DNA from: Candidatus Lustribacter sp.
GTDB taxonomy: Bacteria > Vulcanimicrobiota > Vulcanimicrobiia > Vulcanimicrobiales > Vulcanimicrobiaceae
Length of the DNA stretch: 64,000 nucleotides
Assembly (NCBI GenBank): GCA_965277805.1
Contig: OZ255842.1
Location: forward strand, 608,001-672,000
Direction: 5' to 3'
Positions 47,996-57,706 of the stretch are shown here, in pieces. Position 1 is the stretch's first letter; every line of letters starts with the position of its first letter. The position numbers were made by a program, and so were the translations under genes. The notes under the pieces are model-generated. The model did no database searches. It saw only the letters and a program-made list of their open reading frames with translations, and had not been told where the DNA came from.

Positions 47996-50029
47996 TTGAT
48001 CGTCGTAGCGATCGATATCGGCGGTACCTTCACCGACCTCTTGGGCTTCGATGATGCCGCCAAGACCTTCGTTCAAGCCAAGAGCCTGACGACGCCCGCG
48101 CAGTTGAGCGACGGCATCATCGACTGCATTCGCAAGAGCGGCTTGAACGGCGGCGCGATCGACGAGCTCATTCACGGTTCCACGACCGCGATCAATACCT
48201 TGATCGAACGCAAAGGTGCGAAGACCGGGCTGATCGTCACCACCGGGACGCGCGACGTGTACATCATCGGCCGTGGGAACCGCCCGGAATCCTACAACCT
48301 GCTCTTCCATCGCCATCGTCCGCTCGTCTCGCGCCGGATGACACGCGAGATCTCCGAACGCACCCTGGCCTCGGGCGAAGTCTATCGCCCGCTGGTTCGC
48401 GCGGAACTCGAAGACGCCGCGCGGTTCTTCGCCGAGAACGGCGTCGAGGCGGTGGCTGTGTGCTTCCTGCACTCGTATGCGAACCCGGAGCACGAGCGCA
48501 TCGCCGGCGACGTGATCCGTCAAGCGATGCCGGACGCGTACGTCTCGCTCTCGCATGAGATCTTGCGCGAGTACCGCGAGTTCGAACGCATGTCGACGAC
48601 GGTCGTGAACGCGTACGTCGGCCCGCGCGTCGGCGGCTACGTCAAGAGCCTCGCATCGAGTCTCGGCGAGGCCGGCTTTCGCGGCAACCTTTCGATCATG
48701 CGCTCCAACGGCGGCGTGATGTCGCCGGAGCTCGCAACGATTCACCCCGTCGCGATGATGGAGTCGGGACCGGTCGGCGGTATCATCGCGGCCGCCCGCG
48801 TCGGCACCGCGCTCAGCTATCCCAACGTGATCTCGTTCGACATGGGCGGCACGACTGCGAAAGCGAGTTTGATTCAGGGCGGTGAACCGAGCATCGCGCC
48901 GGGCTATTACGTCGGCGGTTACGCCAGCGGGCATCCGGTGATGATTCCGCTGGTCGACATCGTCGAAGTGGGCGCCGGCGGCGGGAGCATCGCGTGGATC
49001 GATGAGGTCGGCGCGCTGAAGGTCGGCCCGCAGAGTTCGGGTGCCGATCCGGGACCGATGTGCTACGGCGGCGGCGGGTTGGAACCGACGATTACCGATG
49101 CCAACGTCGTGCTCGGACGCCTGAATCCGAACGACTTCCTCGGCGGCGCGATGCAGCTCGATGCCGCTGCCGCGGAGCGCGGCATCGCCGAACAGATCGG
49201 CGCGCCGCTCGGCCTCAGCACGGTTGCGAGCGCGCAGGCGATCGTGCAGATCGCCGTCTCGAAGATGTCGCTCGCGGTACGTGAGGTATCGGTCGTCAAA
49301 GGCTTCGATCCGCGCGACTTCGTGCTCGTCGCCTCCGGAGGCGCGGGCCCGCTGCACGCGTTGGCGATCGCGCGCGATTTGCACATACCCACCGTGGTCG
49401 TGCCGCTCTTTCCATCGCACTTTTCGGCGCTGGGCATGTTGCTCGCCGACGAACGGCACGACTTCGTGCGCACGCACTTTGCCGATTTGGGCACGGTCGA
49501 TCTCACCGCGGTCGCGGCGGTCTTCGAAGACATGCTGATCGAAGCACGCGCACGCTTGAGCGGCGGGCGCGAAAGCTCGCGACAATACCAGCTCGACATG
49601 CGCTACGTCGGGCAAGAGTTCGCGCTGCCGGTGCCGGTCACCGAAGAGCAACTGACGAGCGGTGATCGCGCGACGATTCGCGCCGCGTTCGATCAGCTCT
49701 ACGAACAGCGCTACGCCTACCACTCACCCGACGAGCCGGTGGAGATGATCAACCTGCGCCTGACCGCCTACGGCCGGCAGCCGAAGTTGGAATTCCCCCG
49801 CCTCGCGCGGTCGGCGAAGCCGGCGCCGAGCGCGCACCGCGACGTCTATCTCGGCGGAACGGCCGCGGTGGCGACGCCCGTCTACCGGCGCGACGAACTG
49901 CCCGCCGGGGCGGTCGTTGCGGGTCCGGCGATCGTGCAAGAACTGGGCACAACGACCGTGCTCTTCGAAGGCGACGTGGGCACCGTCGCGGATTCCGGCG
50001 AACTCATCGTGTCCGTAGGAGCGGAGTAA
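47996..50029 (+). CDS. Hydantoinase/oxoprolinase A (ATP-binding) subunit
   Basis: IDIGGTFTD, HGSTTAIN, SGPVGG, DMGGTT, GAGGGSIA. TTG start inferred. Confidence 0.92.
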   Translation: MIVVAIDIGGTFTDLLGFDDAAKTFVQAKSLTTPAQLSDGIIDCIRKSGLNGGAIDELIHGSTTAINTLIERKGAKTGLIVTTGTRDVYIIGRGNRPESYNLLFHRHRPLVSRRMTREISERTLASGEVYRPLVRAELEDAARFFAENGVEAVAVCFLHSYANPEHERIAGDVIRQAMPDAYVSLSHEILREYREFERMSTTVVNAYVGPRVGGYVKSLASSLGEAGFRGNLSIMRSNGGVMSPELATIHPVAMMESGPVGGIIAAARVGTALSYPNVISFDMGGTTAKASLIQGGEPSIAPGYYVGGYASGHPVMIPLVDIVEVGAGGGSIAWIDEVGALKVGPQSSGADPGPMCYGGGGLEPTITDANVVLGRLNPNDFLGGAMQLDAAAAERGIAEQIGAPLGLSTVASAQAIVQIAVSKMSLAVREVSVVKGFDPRDFVLVASGGAGPLHALAIARDLHIPTVVVPLFPSHFSALGMLLADERHDFVRTHFADLGTVDLTAVAAVFEDMLIEARARLSGGRESSRQYQLDMRYVGQEFALPVPVTEEQLTSGDRATIRAAFDQLYEQRYAYHSPDEPVEMINLRLTAYGRQPKLEFPRLARSAKPAPSAHRDVYLGGTAAVATPVYRRDELPAGAVVAGPAIVQELGTTTVLFEGDVGTVADSGELIVSVGAE

Positions 50030-51771
50030 TGGCAGTAGCAGATCTCGCGAGCACCAGCCTCGACCCGGTCACCCTGGAAGTGATCCGCAACGCGCTGCCG
50101 GCGGTCGCCAATGAAATGGCCGCCGATCTGCAGCGCACCTCGTATAACATGATGATCTACGAGGTCCGCGATTTCTGCACGGCCCTGATCGATCCCGACG
50201 GCGCGCTGGTGAGTCAGAACGTCGGCGGCGTGTCGCATTTCGTGGCCGACCTCGGCGTGATCATCACCGACGGCGTGAAGCGTTACGGGAAGGACGGTTT
50301 CGCGCCGGGGGACGTGCTGATCACGAATCACCAAGCCGTGGCCGGGCAGCACCTCAACAACATCGTTATCTACATGCCGTACTTCTTCGAGGGCGAACTG
50401 CTGATGTTCTCGATGGTGCGGGCGCACTGGATCGACGTCGGCGGCATGAGCACGGGCTTCGGGGCAGGCCCGGAAGTCGGCGACCCGTGGCTCGAAGGCT
50501 TGCAGCTCGACCAGCTCAAGATCTACGAAGGCGGCAAAATCAACGATGCGCTCTATCGCGTCATCAGCGACAACATCCGTTTTCCCGAATCGTCGCTCGG
50601 CGACTTGAAGTCGCAGATCGCCGCCTGCCGCCTGGCGGCGCGCCGGCTCGACGAGATGTTTCAGAAATACGGCAAGCCGGTGATTCTCGATGCGATCGCG
50701 CGCATTTTCGATGAGACCGAGAAGAAGTGCCGCAACGTCATCGCACGCTTGACCGACGGTGTGTACGAAGCGTCGGCGGCGTTCGACGACGACGGCGTGC
50801 TGCTCGGCGTGCCGGTGCCGCTGCACGCGAAGGTCACGATCGCCGGCAGCGACATGACGATCGATCTTTCCGGCTGTTCGGGCGAACGCAAGGCGGCCGT
50901 CAACTCGCGCACGCTCGCGGCCGCACGCGTGGCGTACAAGGCGCTGACCGGTCCGAACGATCCGGTGAACGAGGGATCGTTTCGCGCGCTCGACGTGATC
51001 ATTCCCGAAGGGAACATCATGATGGCGCGTTTCCCCGCGCCGATGTCGGGCTGGAGCCTGATCGTGCCGACGGTCGTCGATACGATCATCGCGGCGTTGG
51101 CGAAGGCGATGCCGGATACGATCCCGGCGGCACACCACGGATTGCTCGGCGGTGCGGTCGTGTTCTTCGGCGTCGATCCGGTGACGAAACGGCGCTTCGT
51201 CGTGCAGAGCATCGAAGGCGGCGGCTGGGGCGGGCGCCCGTACGAAGACGGCGAGTCGGGCACGGTCTCGGTGTGTCAGGGCGACGTGCGCAACGGTTCG
51301 ATCGAGGGCATCGAGCTGAAGTGTCCGGTGCTGGTCGAGCAGCGTGCGCTGCGGCCGAACTCGGGCGGTGCGGGCAAATACCGCGGCGGCCTCGGCATCG
51401 ACATGCAAGTGCGGAACTTTGTCGACGGGTTGTGGAATTTCGAAACGTCGAAGCGCTTCGAATGTCCGCCGTGGGGATTGTGGGGCGGGACGTCCGGCGA
51501 AAACGCCGGCTACCTGCTGCGGATGTCGGGCACCGAAGCGTTCAAGCCGACCTCGGGCAGCCGCAAGCCGATCCCGGTCGACTCCTCGGTGATCGTGCGC
51601 ACGGGCGGCGGCGGCGGCTGGGGCAACCCGCACGAACGCGACCTCGCAGCCGTGCAGCACGACGTCCTCGAGGACTACATCTCCATCGAAGCAGCCCGCG
51701 ACCTCTACGGCGTAGCCATCACCCCCGACGGCATAATCGACGAAGCCGCCACAGCCAAACTCCGCGCCTGA
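50029..51771 (+). CDS. Hydantoinase B/oxoprolinase subunit
   Basis: DPVTLEVI, HLNN, AHWIDVGG, SGGAGKYRGG, TGGGGGWG. Confidence 0.92.
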   Translation: MAVADLASTSLDPVTLEVIRNALPAVANEMAADLQRTSYNMMIYEVRDFCTALIDPDGALVSQNVGGVSHFVADLGVIITDGVKRYGKDGFAPGDVLITNHQAVAGQHLNNIVIYMPYFFEGELLMFSMVRAHWIDVGGMSTGFGAGPEVGDPWLEGLQLDQLKIYEGGKINDALYRVISDNIRFPESSLGDLKSQIAACRLAARRLDEMFQKYGKPVILDAIARIFDETEKKCRNVIARLTDGVYEASAAFDDDGVLLGVPVPLHAKVTIAGSDMTIDLSGCSGERKAAVNSRTLAAARVAYKALTGPNDPVNEGSFRALDVIIPEGNIMMARFPAPMSGWSLIVPTVVDTIIAALAKAMPDTIPAAHHGLLGGAVVFFGVDPVTKRRFVVQSIEGGGWGGRPYEDGESGTVSVCQGDVRNGSIEGIELKCPVLVEQRALRPNSGGAGKYRGGLGIDMQVRNFVDGLWNFETSKRFECPPWGLWGGTSGENAGYLLRMSGTEAFKPTSGSRKPIPVDSSVIVRTGGGGGWGNPHERDLAAVQHDVLEDYISIEAARDLYGVAITPDGIIDEAATAKLRA

Positions 51772-51781
51772 ACTGTCATTC

Positions 51782-51823
51782 CAACGACAATTCGGGGTTG
51801 CTCAATGACAATTCGGGGTTGCT
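51782..51823. repeat. 21-bp tandem duplication at a convergent gene junction
   Basis: CAACGACAATTCGGGGTTGCT followed by CAATGACAATTCGGGGTTGCT (1 mismatch). Confidence 0.85.
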
Positions 51824-52701
51824 CGGAGTGCGTCGAGTTTGCTTTCGAGTGCTTCGCGTTTCGCGTCCGTCCAGGTGTGGAAGCCTTGGCCGGATTTGAC
51901 GCCGGTTTTTCCGGCGGCGACGAGGTCGACGAGGAGTTGTTGCGGGGCGTTGCTGACGTCGAGATCCGACAGCAACACTGACTGTATGGCCAACGTCAGA
52001 TCGAGGCCGACCAGGTCGGATTGTTCGAGCGGGCCCATCACGCCCAGGCGCGCGCCGAAGCTGTGTTTGACGACGAAGTCGACGGTCTCGGCGTCGCACA
52101 CGCCGGCTTGCACGAGCGCGATCGCTTCGCGTTTGAGCGCGTGCTGCATGCGGTTGCCGATGAAGCCCGGGATGTCGCGCTTCACGTGCACGGGCTGTTG
52201 CCCGATCTCCGCGAGCAGCTGCATCGTGCGCTCGATCGTGGACAACGATGTTTCGGCCGCTTGAACGACCTCGACCAACCGCACCGTGTACGGCGGATTC
52301 CAGAAGTGCGTGCCCGCCACGCGCTCACGCCGGGTTGCGGCGGCCGCGATGCGCGTGATCGGAATCGCCGAGGTGTTGGTGGTGAGGATCGTCGCCGGCG
52401 AACAGTGCGCATCGAGCTGCGCGAAGATCTCCATTTTCAGCTCGAGATATTCGGGCGCCGCTTCGATGACGATCTCGGCATCGGCCGGCACGCCGTCCAA
52501 ATCCGCAATGACCGTTACGGGCAGGTCGCCGCCGGCGGTCCCGCGCGCATCTGTGATCGCGCGCAAGCGCTCGGCCGCGGCGGCGCGCACCGCGGCGTGG
52601 GGTTCGACCACGGTCACCTGCCGGCCGGCCGTAGCGAAGAGGTGCGCGATGGCGAGGCCCATACGGCCGCCACCGACGACGGCGGCTTTGCGTTGCATCA
52701 T
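51802..52701 (-). CDS. 3-hydroxyacyl-CoA dehydrogenase family protein
   Basis: VGGGRMG, IEAAPE.LELK, TNTS, THFWNP, PGFIGNR, GPLEQSD. Confidence 0.92.
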   Translation of the reverse strand: MMQRKAAVVGGGRMGLAIAHLFATAGRQVTVVEPHAAVRAAAAERLRAITDARGTAGGDLPVTVIADLDGVPADAEIVIEAAPEYLELKMEIFAQLDAHCSPATILTTNTSAIPITRIAAAATRRERVAGTHFWNPPYTVRLVEVVQAAETSLSTIERTMQLLAEIGQQPVHVKRDIPGFIGNRMQHALKREAIALVQAGVCDAETVDFVVKHSFGARLGVMGPLEQSDLVGLDLTLAIQSVLLSDLDVSNAPQQLLVDLVAAGKTGVKSGQGFHTWTDAKREALESKLDALRATPNCH

Positions 52702-52764
52702 TGATTGGCCGCGTTCGCCGGTCCGACAGGCCGATCCGGGCGAATGGGCCGAACTCGTTGCGCA

Positions 52765-53505
52765 ATGTCGCCCCTCGAACGCGTTCTCGTCCCCGGTGCC
52801 GATGGAACGAGCGTGCCGCTGCATATTGCGCGCCCCGAACCCGCCGCGGAGCATCTGCCGGCGGGCATCCTCGTGCTGCAAGACGCGTACGGCTACAACA
52901 CCTACCTGGAGAGCACGGCGCGGCGTTTCAGCGATCTCGGCTTCACGGCCGTCGTGCCGGAGCTCTTCCATCACAGCGGCGGCGTGGGCATCGAGTACGA
53001 CGACGCGCGTGGCATGGAAGCCAACCGCGAACACATGCGCGCGCTCAACCCCGAGAACGTGCTCGACGACATACGCGCCGCTTACGCTTGGTTGCTGGCG
53101 GAGGGCACGGTTCCGCCCGAGCGGATCGCGGTGATCGGCTGGTGCCGCGGCGGTCAGGGCGCGTTCCTCGCCAACGCGCATTTGCCGCTGGGCGCCGCGA
53201 TCTCGATGTACGGCAATCGCATCGCGCCCGATCTGCTGCCGCTGGCGGCGGAGCAGCACGCGCGCATCTTGATGATCTGGGCCGGCGACGATCACTACAT
53301 TCCGGTCGCCGAGCGGCGGTCGATCGAAGACGCGCTGACCTCGGCGGGGAAGGCGCACGACCAGGCCGTATTCTCGGGCGCCGAGCACGGATTTTTTGCT
53401 CCGTCCTCGTACCACGCACTTGCAGCCGGCGTGTCTTGGTGTATGTCGGTCGAGTTTCTGCGCGCGACCGGCGTCATCGTACGCCGCGAAAAGGGAGTTT
53501 CATGA
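52765..53505 (+). CDS. Dienelactone hydrolase family protein
   Basis: GWCRGG nucleophile motif, DHYIP, GAEHGF. Confidence 0.9.
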   Translation: MSPLERVLVPGADGTSVPLHIARPEPAAEHLPAGILVLQDAYGYNTYLESTARRFSDLGFTAVVPELFHHSGGVGIEYDDARGMEANREHMRALNPENVLDDIRAAYAWLLAEGTVPPERIAVIGWCRGGQGAFLANAHLPLGAAISMYGNRIAPDLLPLAAEQHARILMIWAGDDHYIPVAERRSIEDALTSAGKAHDQAVFSGAEHGFFAPSSYHALAAGVSWCMSVEFLRATGVIVRREKGVS

Positions 53506-54689
53506 TTCGTTTGATCCGGACGGCAGCGGCCGTCCTGACCGCCGCATTGGTTGCCACGCTCGCTCCGGCGGCACGCGCCGCCGATCCATACGAGATCAAC
53601 GTCATCCTGCCGTTGACCGGCAACATCGCGTTCGTCGGCACGACGCAATTGCAAGCGCTCAAAGCGGTCGAAGCGTACGTGAACAAAACGGGCGGGATCG
53701 GCGGACGCCAGCTCTCGTTCGTGGTGCAAGACGACGGATCGGATGTGAAGACCGCACTGCAGCTCGCGCAAGGCCTGATCGCGAAGAAGGTTCCGCTGAT
53801 CATGGGCTCGTCGAGCCCGCAGGCGTGCGCGGCCATCGCACCGCTGGTGATGGCCGACGGCCCGTTGCACTACTGCTTGGCGAACGCCGGTACGACCGTC
53901 CCCGGCAGCTATGAATTCTTCACCCAGTTCACCAACGACGCGCAACTTACGGTGCTCATTCGGTACTTCCGCGAACGCGGCATGAAGAAGGTCGCGAGCA
54001 TCTTCTCGATCGACGGCGGCGGGCAAGACGCGGAACATGCGCTCACCACCGCGCTCGCGCTGCCCGAAAACAAAGACATGCAGCTCGTCGCACACGAGCA
54101 TTTCGCGCCGGGCGACATCGGCGTTGCCGCACAGATGACGCGCATCAAAGAGGCCGCTCCCAACGTGCTGATCGCCTGGGCGACCGGCGGCCCGGCCGGC
54201 ACGCTGCTGCGCAACGAGCGCGACGCGGGCATCGACATCCCGACCGTCACGTCGACCGGCAACCTCAGCGCGAACTTCTTCAAGCAGTTCGGCGCGATCT
54301 TGCCGACCAATCTGTACTTCGCGGCCGTGCCGTACTATTCGGGCGATACGTTGAGCAGCGGCCCCACCAAAGCCGCCGTCGCTACGATGACGAGTTCGCT
54401 GGCCGCGATCGGTTCGAAGCCCGACATGATCGAGATCAGCGGCTGGGATCCTGCGATGATCGTGGTCGACGCCTTGCGCAAATTGGGACCGGACGCGTCG
54501 GCCGCGAAACTGCGCGCGTACATGCTCAATATGAAAGGCTGGGTCGGGGTCAATGGGCCGTACGATTTTCACGCGAATCCCCAGCGCGGGGTCGGCGAGG
54601 CGAACGTCGTGATCGTGCGCTGGGATTCCGCTGCGAACACGGCAGTAGCCGTGAGCAAACCGGGCGGCGCGCTGCTCGGGGGCAAATAG
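53502..54689 (+). CDS. ABC solute-binding protein, LivJ/LivK type, close paralog of 7898-9076
   Basis: PYEIN.IL.LTGN.AFVG, SSPQACAAIAPL, YDF.ANPQRG are shared with the paralog. Confidence 0.9.
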   Translation: MIRLIRTAAAVLTAALVATLAPAARAADPYEINVILPLTGNIAFVGTTQLQALKAVEAYVNKTGGIGGRQLSFVVQDDGSDVKTALQLAQGLIAKKVPLIMGSSSPQACAAIAPLVMADGPLHYCLANAGTTVPGSYEFFTQFTNDAQLTVLIRYFRERGMKKVASIFSIDGGGQDAEHALTTALALPENKDMQLVAHEHFAPGDIGVAAQMTRIKEAAPNVLIAWATGGPAGTLLRNERDAGIDIPTVTSTGNLSANFFKQFGAILPTNLYFAAVPYYSGDTLSSGPTKAAVATMTSSLAAIGSKPDMIEISGWDPAMIVVDALRKLGPDASAAKLRAYMLNMKGWVGVNGPYDFHANPQRGVGEANVVIVRWDSAANTAVAVSKPGGALLGGK

Positions 54690-54692
54690 CTC

Positions 54693-55574
54693 ATGGCTAA
54701 CGCATTCAACGTGCCGCTGACCGGATCGATGGCACCCGGTCTCTTGGGCTTAGTGCATTTGCCGCGGATGTGGCAGAAGGGGCTGCTCCATACGCGCGGC
54801 CTGTTGCCGGGAGACTACGTCTTCGCCGATCGCGGCTTCGATCAGCGCATCATGGACGGCGTCGGGATCGATCGCGAGGCGTTCATTCCGTATCTGCAAA
54901 CGCTGCCGACCTATCTCGAAACCGAAGCGTGGGTGCGCGCGAACGCGACGAAGCTCGATCAGATTGCGGCCACGAGCGAAATGATCCTCAACCGTACGCC
55001 GTCGACCCCCGAATCCGGTGACAAACTGCGCGCGGCAGTCGGCATCACCGACGCGTCCGTCAACAACACCGCGCTGCTGAGCAACATCGACGATTGGGTT
55101 GCGCTGCACGCCTACGTGGTCGCCAACCAAGGTCAAACGGTCGCGCCGATGATCCCGGCGATCACGTCGCTCGCCGAAGGCCCGCTCGGGGTGTTGCACC
55201 TTCCGCGGCTTTGGGGCAAGGCTATGATCAAAACGCTCGGCGCGCTGCCCGAGGGCTATCATTCCGGCAGCGGTCCGCTCGACGAACAGCTCGCCGACAC
55301 GATCGGTATGGATCTGGCCGCGTCGGTGAAGTATACGAACGCCGAGCTGCCGCCGTACCTCATCTACGAGCAGTGGGTGCGCGAGCACGCGACCAAGCTC
55401 GACGCGGACACGCTGGCGGCGTGGAACACGCGCATGCGCACGCGCGAGAAACCCGCCCCGCTGGCGGCGGAGGAACGCAAGACCCTCGGCATCACCGATG
55501 AGAGCGAACGCCGCGGCGTGCTGCTCAACGACCTGATCGACTGGCACCTCTGGCACGAGGAGATAACGAAATGA
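54693..55574 (+). CDS. Tandem DUF5069-like domain protein
   Basis: Two repeats G..HLPRxWxK...LP..Y...D....G.D...W...ATKLD...GITD...LL...DW..H. Confidence 0.7.
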   Translation: MANAFNVPLTGSMAPGLLGLVHLPRMWQKGLLHTRGLLPGDYVFADRGFDQRIMDGVGIDREAFIPYLQTLPTYLETEAWVRANATKLDQIAATSEMILNRTPSTPESGDKLRAAVGITDASVNNTALLSNIDDWVALHAYVVANQGQTVAPMIPAITSLAEGPLGVLHLPRLWGKAMIKTLGALPEGYHSGSGPLDEQLADTIGMDLAASVKYTNAELPPYLIYEQWVREHATKLDADTLAAWNTRMRTREKPAPLAAEERKTLGITDESERRGVLLNDLIDWHLWHEEITK

Positions 55575-56500
55575 CCACGCGCGCGGCCTGGCTCTCATCC
55601 TGCGGGGCCGCGGCGCTCGCCGCAAGCGCGCCGCAGATCGTGCGTGCGCAGACGCGGCCGTCGATCCGCGTCGGCTGCGGCAACATCGAGTCGCACGCCG
55701 AGGCGTACTACGCGCGCGCGAACGGGTTCTTCGCGCAAAACGGAATCGACGTCGATATTCAAAACCTGCGCAACGGCGCGGCGATCGCGGCGGCGGTGTC
55801 GGGCGGTGACCTGCAGATCGGCGTTTCCAGCATCTTGCAGCTGGCGGAAGCGCGCGGCGCCGGCGTCCCGTTCGTGATCATCGTGCCCGGTGGCTTGCAC
55901 GACGGCCGGATCGCACACACCGCCAACCTCGTCGTCGCCCCGGGCGGCCCAATCGCGAAACCGTCCGACCTCAATGGAAAGATCATCGCGGTCAACACGC
56001 TCAACGGCCTCGACCAAATCATCGCCGACGCGCTGATCGACAAGAACGGCGGCGACTCGACGACGGTCAAGTACGTCGAGGTGCCGCCGGCAGCCGCCGA
56101 GTCCGTGATCGCGGGCCGCGTATCTGCCGCCCAGCTGGAGGAGCCCGAGCTATCGGGCGCCGGCACGCGCGTGCGCCGCTTAGGTGACGGCGAGGATGCG
56201 ATCGGGCCGCGCTTCGCCACAACCGGCTGGTTCACGACCGACGACTGGCTTGCGAAGAATAAGGATACCGTGCGGCGTTTCTCGGCCGCGATCTTCGCCG
56301 CCGGCGCGTGGGCGATGCAGAACCCGGAGAAAGCGGGCGCCGTGCTGCACGATGCGCTCGGGCTCACGCAGGCGCGCGGCACGCAGACGTTCGCGACCAC
56401 CCGCAACGCGGGCGAGCTTTCGCCGCTGCTCAACACGGCGGTCAGGTACAAGGTCGCTCCACCGGTGTCGGCCGGTCAACTTTTCTGGGACGGGAAGTAG
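55571..56500 (+). CDS. ABC solute-binding protein, SsuA/TauA/NMT1 type, paralog of 36745-37680
   Basis: AYYARANGFF, GDLQIG, DLNGKIIAV.TL.GLDQ, AGAWAM.NP. Confidence 0.88.
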   Translation: MTTRAAWLSSCGAAALAASAPQIVRAQTRPSIRVGCGNIESHAEAYYARANGFFAQNGIDVDIQNLRNGAAIAAAVSGGDLQIGVSSILQLAEARGAGVPFVIIVPGGLHDGRIAHTANLVVAPGGPIAKPSDLNGKIIAVNTLNGLDQIIADALIDKNGGDSTTVKYVEVPPAAAESVIAGRVSAAQLEEPELSGAGTRVRRLGDGEDAIGPRFATTGWFTTDDWLAKNKDTVRRFSAAIFAAGAWAMQNPEKAGAVLHDALGLTQARGTQTFATTRNAGELSPLLNTAVRYKVAPPVSAGQLFWDGK

Positions 56501-56593
56501 CGTAACGCGTCGTCGGAGCGTAGGGCATTTCGACCTCGCCTGGAAGGGCCAAATCCGGCTGCAAGCCGCTCAGGGTTGAGGGAGAAGGACATC

Positions 56594-57706
56594 ATGACCG
56601 ACGTCGTTACCCAGCGTGAATTCATGACCACGTGGCACAGCTCGCCGCGACAAGGCATCGAAGCGTGGTCGACGCGCAACAAGGCGAACCTGATCGGCTC
56701 GGGGACGAGCACCGACCGCGTGCCGCCGTTCCGGCCGTTCGATCTGCTCGCGCAGCCGAACGACGCGCTCGTCGTGCTCGAGAACGACGATCACCGCATC
56801 GGCGTGCAGAGCGTGTGCGGCGCGCAGCGCACGTTCGTGCGCCACATTGACTTCGACACGATCTATTTCCAGTTCGCCGGCAAGACCACGCTCGAGACCG
56901 AGTTCGGTGAGGTCGAGATGTCGCCGGGCGAGATACTATTCATCCCCGAAGGCATCGCGCATCGCTCGACCGGAACGGCCGACAGCCTGCGCTGGTTCGC
57001 GTTCGTGAACGAACCGTTCACCGAGTTCATGGACGGCGACGACGTGCACACCGGGCACACGGAGTTCCGCATGATTCGCCACGGCGGTCCGGATTGGAAA
57101 ATTCCGGCCGGCGCGGAGAAGCCGGTCAAGACCGGCGTCATCGAAGAACGCATGATCCGCTGGGGCCACGGACCGAACGACCGCACGATCATCCACCGCG
57201 ACTACGACTATCTCGTGGGCGCATCGAGCACGCACATCGCGGAGAAACGCAGCGGCATCCGCAAGCTGCGGGCGTTCGATATCTTCACCGGCGTCGCGGG
57301 GAAGAAGGGCGGCGTCGAGCCGATGTTCCGCGCGCCGCACCTCGAGATCAAGACCTATAACATCACGGGCGAACAGTTTGCCTTTCATCGTGCGCTACGC
57401 AGCGAAGAAGTCCGCATTCAGTTCCGCGGCGAGGCGCTCGACACGTGCGAGATCGACAAGACACTGGTCGCGCCGGGTGACGCGACCGTCATCCCGCGCG
57501 GCATCGCGCACTCGGTGATCACCGAGCCGCCCGATTCGCCGACGTTCCTGCGGCTAAACTTCTACAGCAATCTCTCGTGGCGTACGCCGAACGATCTGAC
57601 CGCGCATCAATACAAGAGCACGTTCGAGGTGCAGACGATCGTGCACGATGAGGCGCCGTGGCGCATCGAGGCGGGCTTAGTGGTACCGGTGGCGGCCGCA
57701 CGGTGA
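56594..57706 (+). CDS. Bicupin protein, paralog of 29106-30188
   Basis: REFMT.W, RPFDL, FQFAG...ETE.G, IP.GIAH twice, GEQFAFHRAL.SEE. GGAGAAGG RBS. Confidence 0.75.
   Translation: MTDVVTQREFMTTWHSSPRQGIEAWSTRNKANLIGSGTSTDRVPPFRPFDLLAQPNDALVVLENDDHRIGVQSVCGAQRTFVRHIDFDTIYFQFAGKTTLETEFGEVEMSPGEILFIPEGIAHRSTGTADSLRWFAFVNEPFTEFMDGDDVHTGHTEFRMIRHGGPDWKIPAGAEKPVKTGVIEERMIRWGHGPNDRTIIHRDYDYLVGASSTHIAEKRSGIRKLRAFDIFTGVAGKKGGVEPMFRAPHLEIKTYNITGEQFAFHRALRSEEVRIQFRGEALDTCEIDKTLVAPGDATVIPRGIAHSVITEPPDSPTFLRLNFYSNLSWRTPNDLTAHQYKSTFEVQTIVHDEAPWRIEAGLVVPVAAAR

Noticed and set aside
45368-49723. 1451-aa minus-strand ORF suggesting a giant permease fusion
   Set aside because: Only 45368-47062 looks like a permease. 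The rest is an Arg-rich shadow frame over the lyase and antisense to hydantoinase A.
49882-51660. Long antisense ORFs (592 aa here; also 35242-36693, 53295-54572, 60993-62336)
   Set aside because: They are mirror frames of well-supported genes and contain no recognisable motifs.
51782-51823. Possible mini-CRISPR
   Set aside because: Two directly adjacent copies with no spacer, and no cas genes.
56500-56593. Possible riboswitch in the bicupin leader (47920-47995 also examined)
   Set aside because: No conserved aptamer motif or terminator that I can recognise. An Rfam/Infernal scan would settle it.
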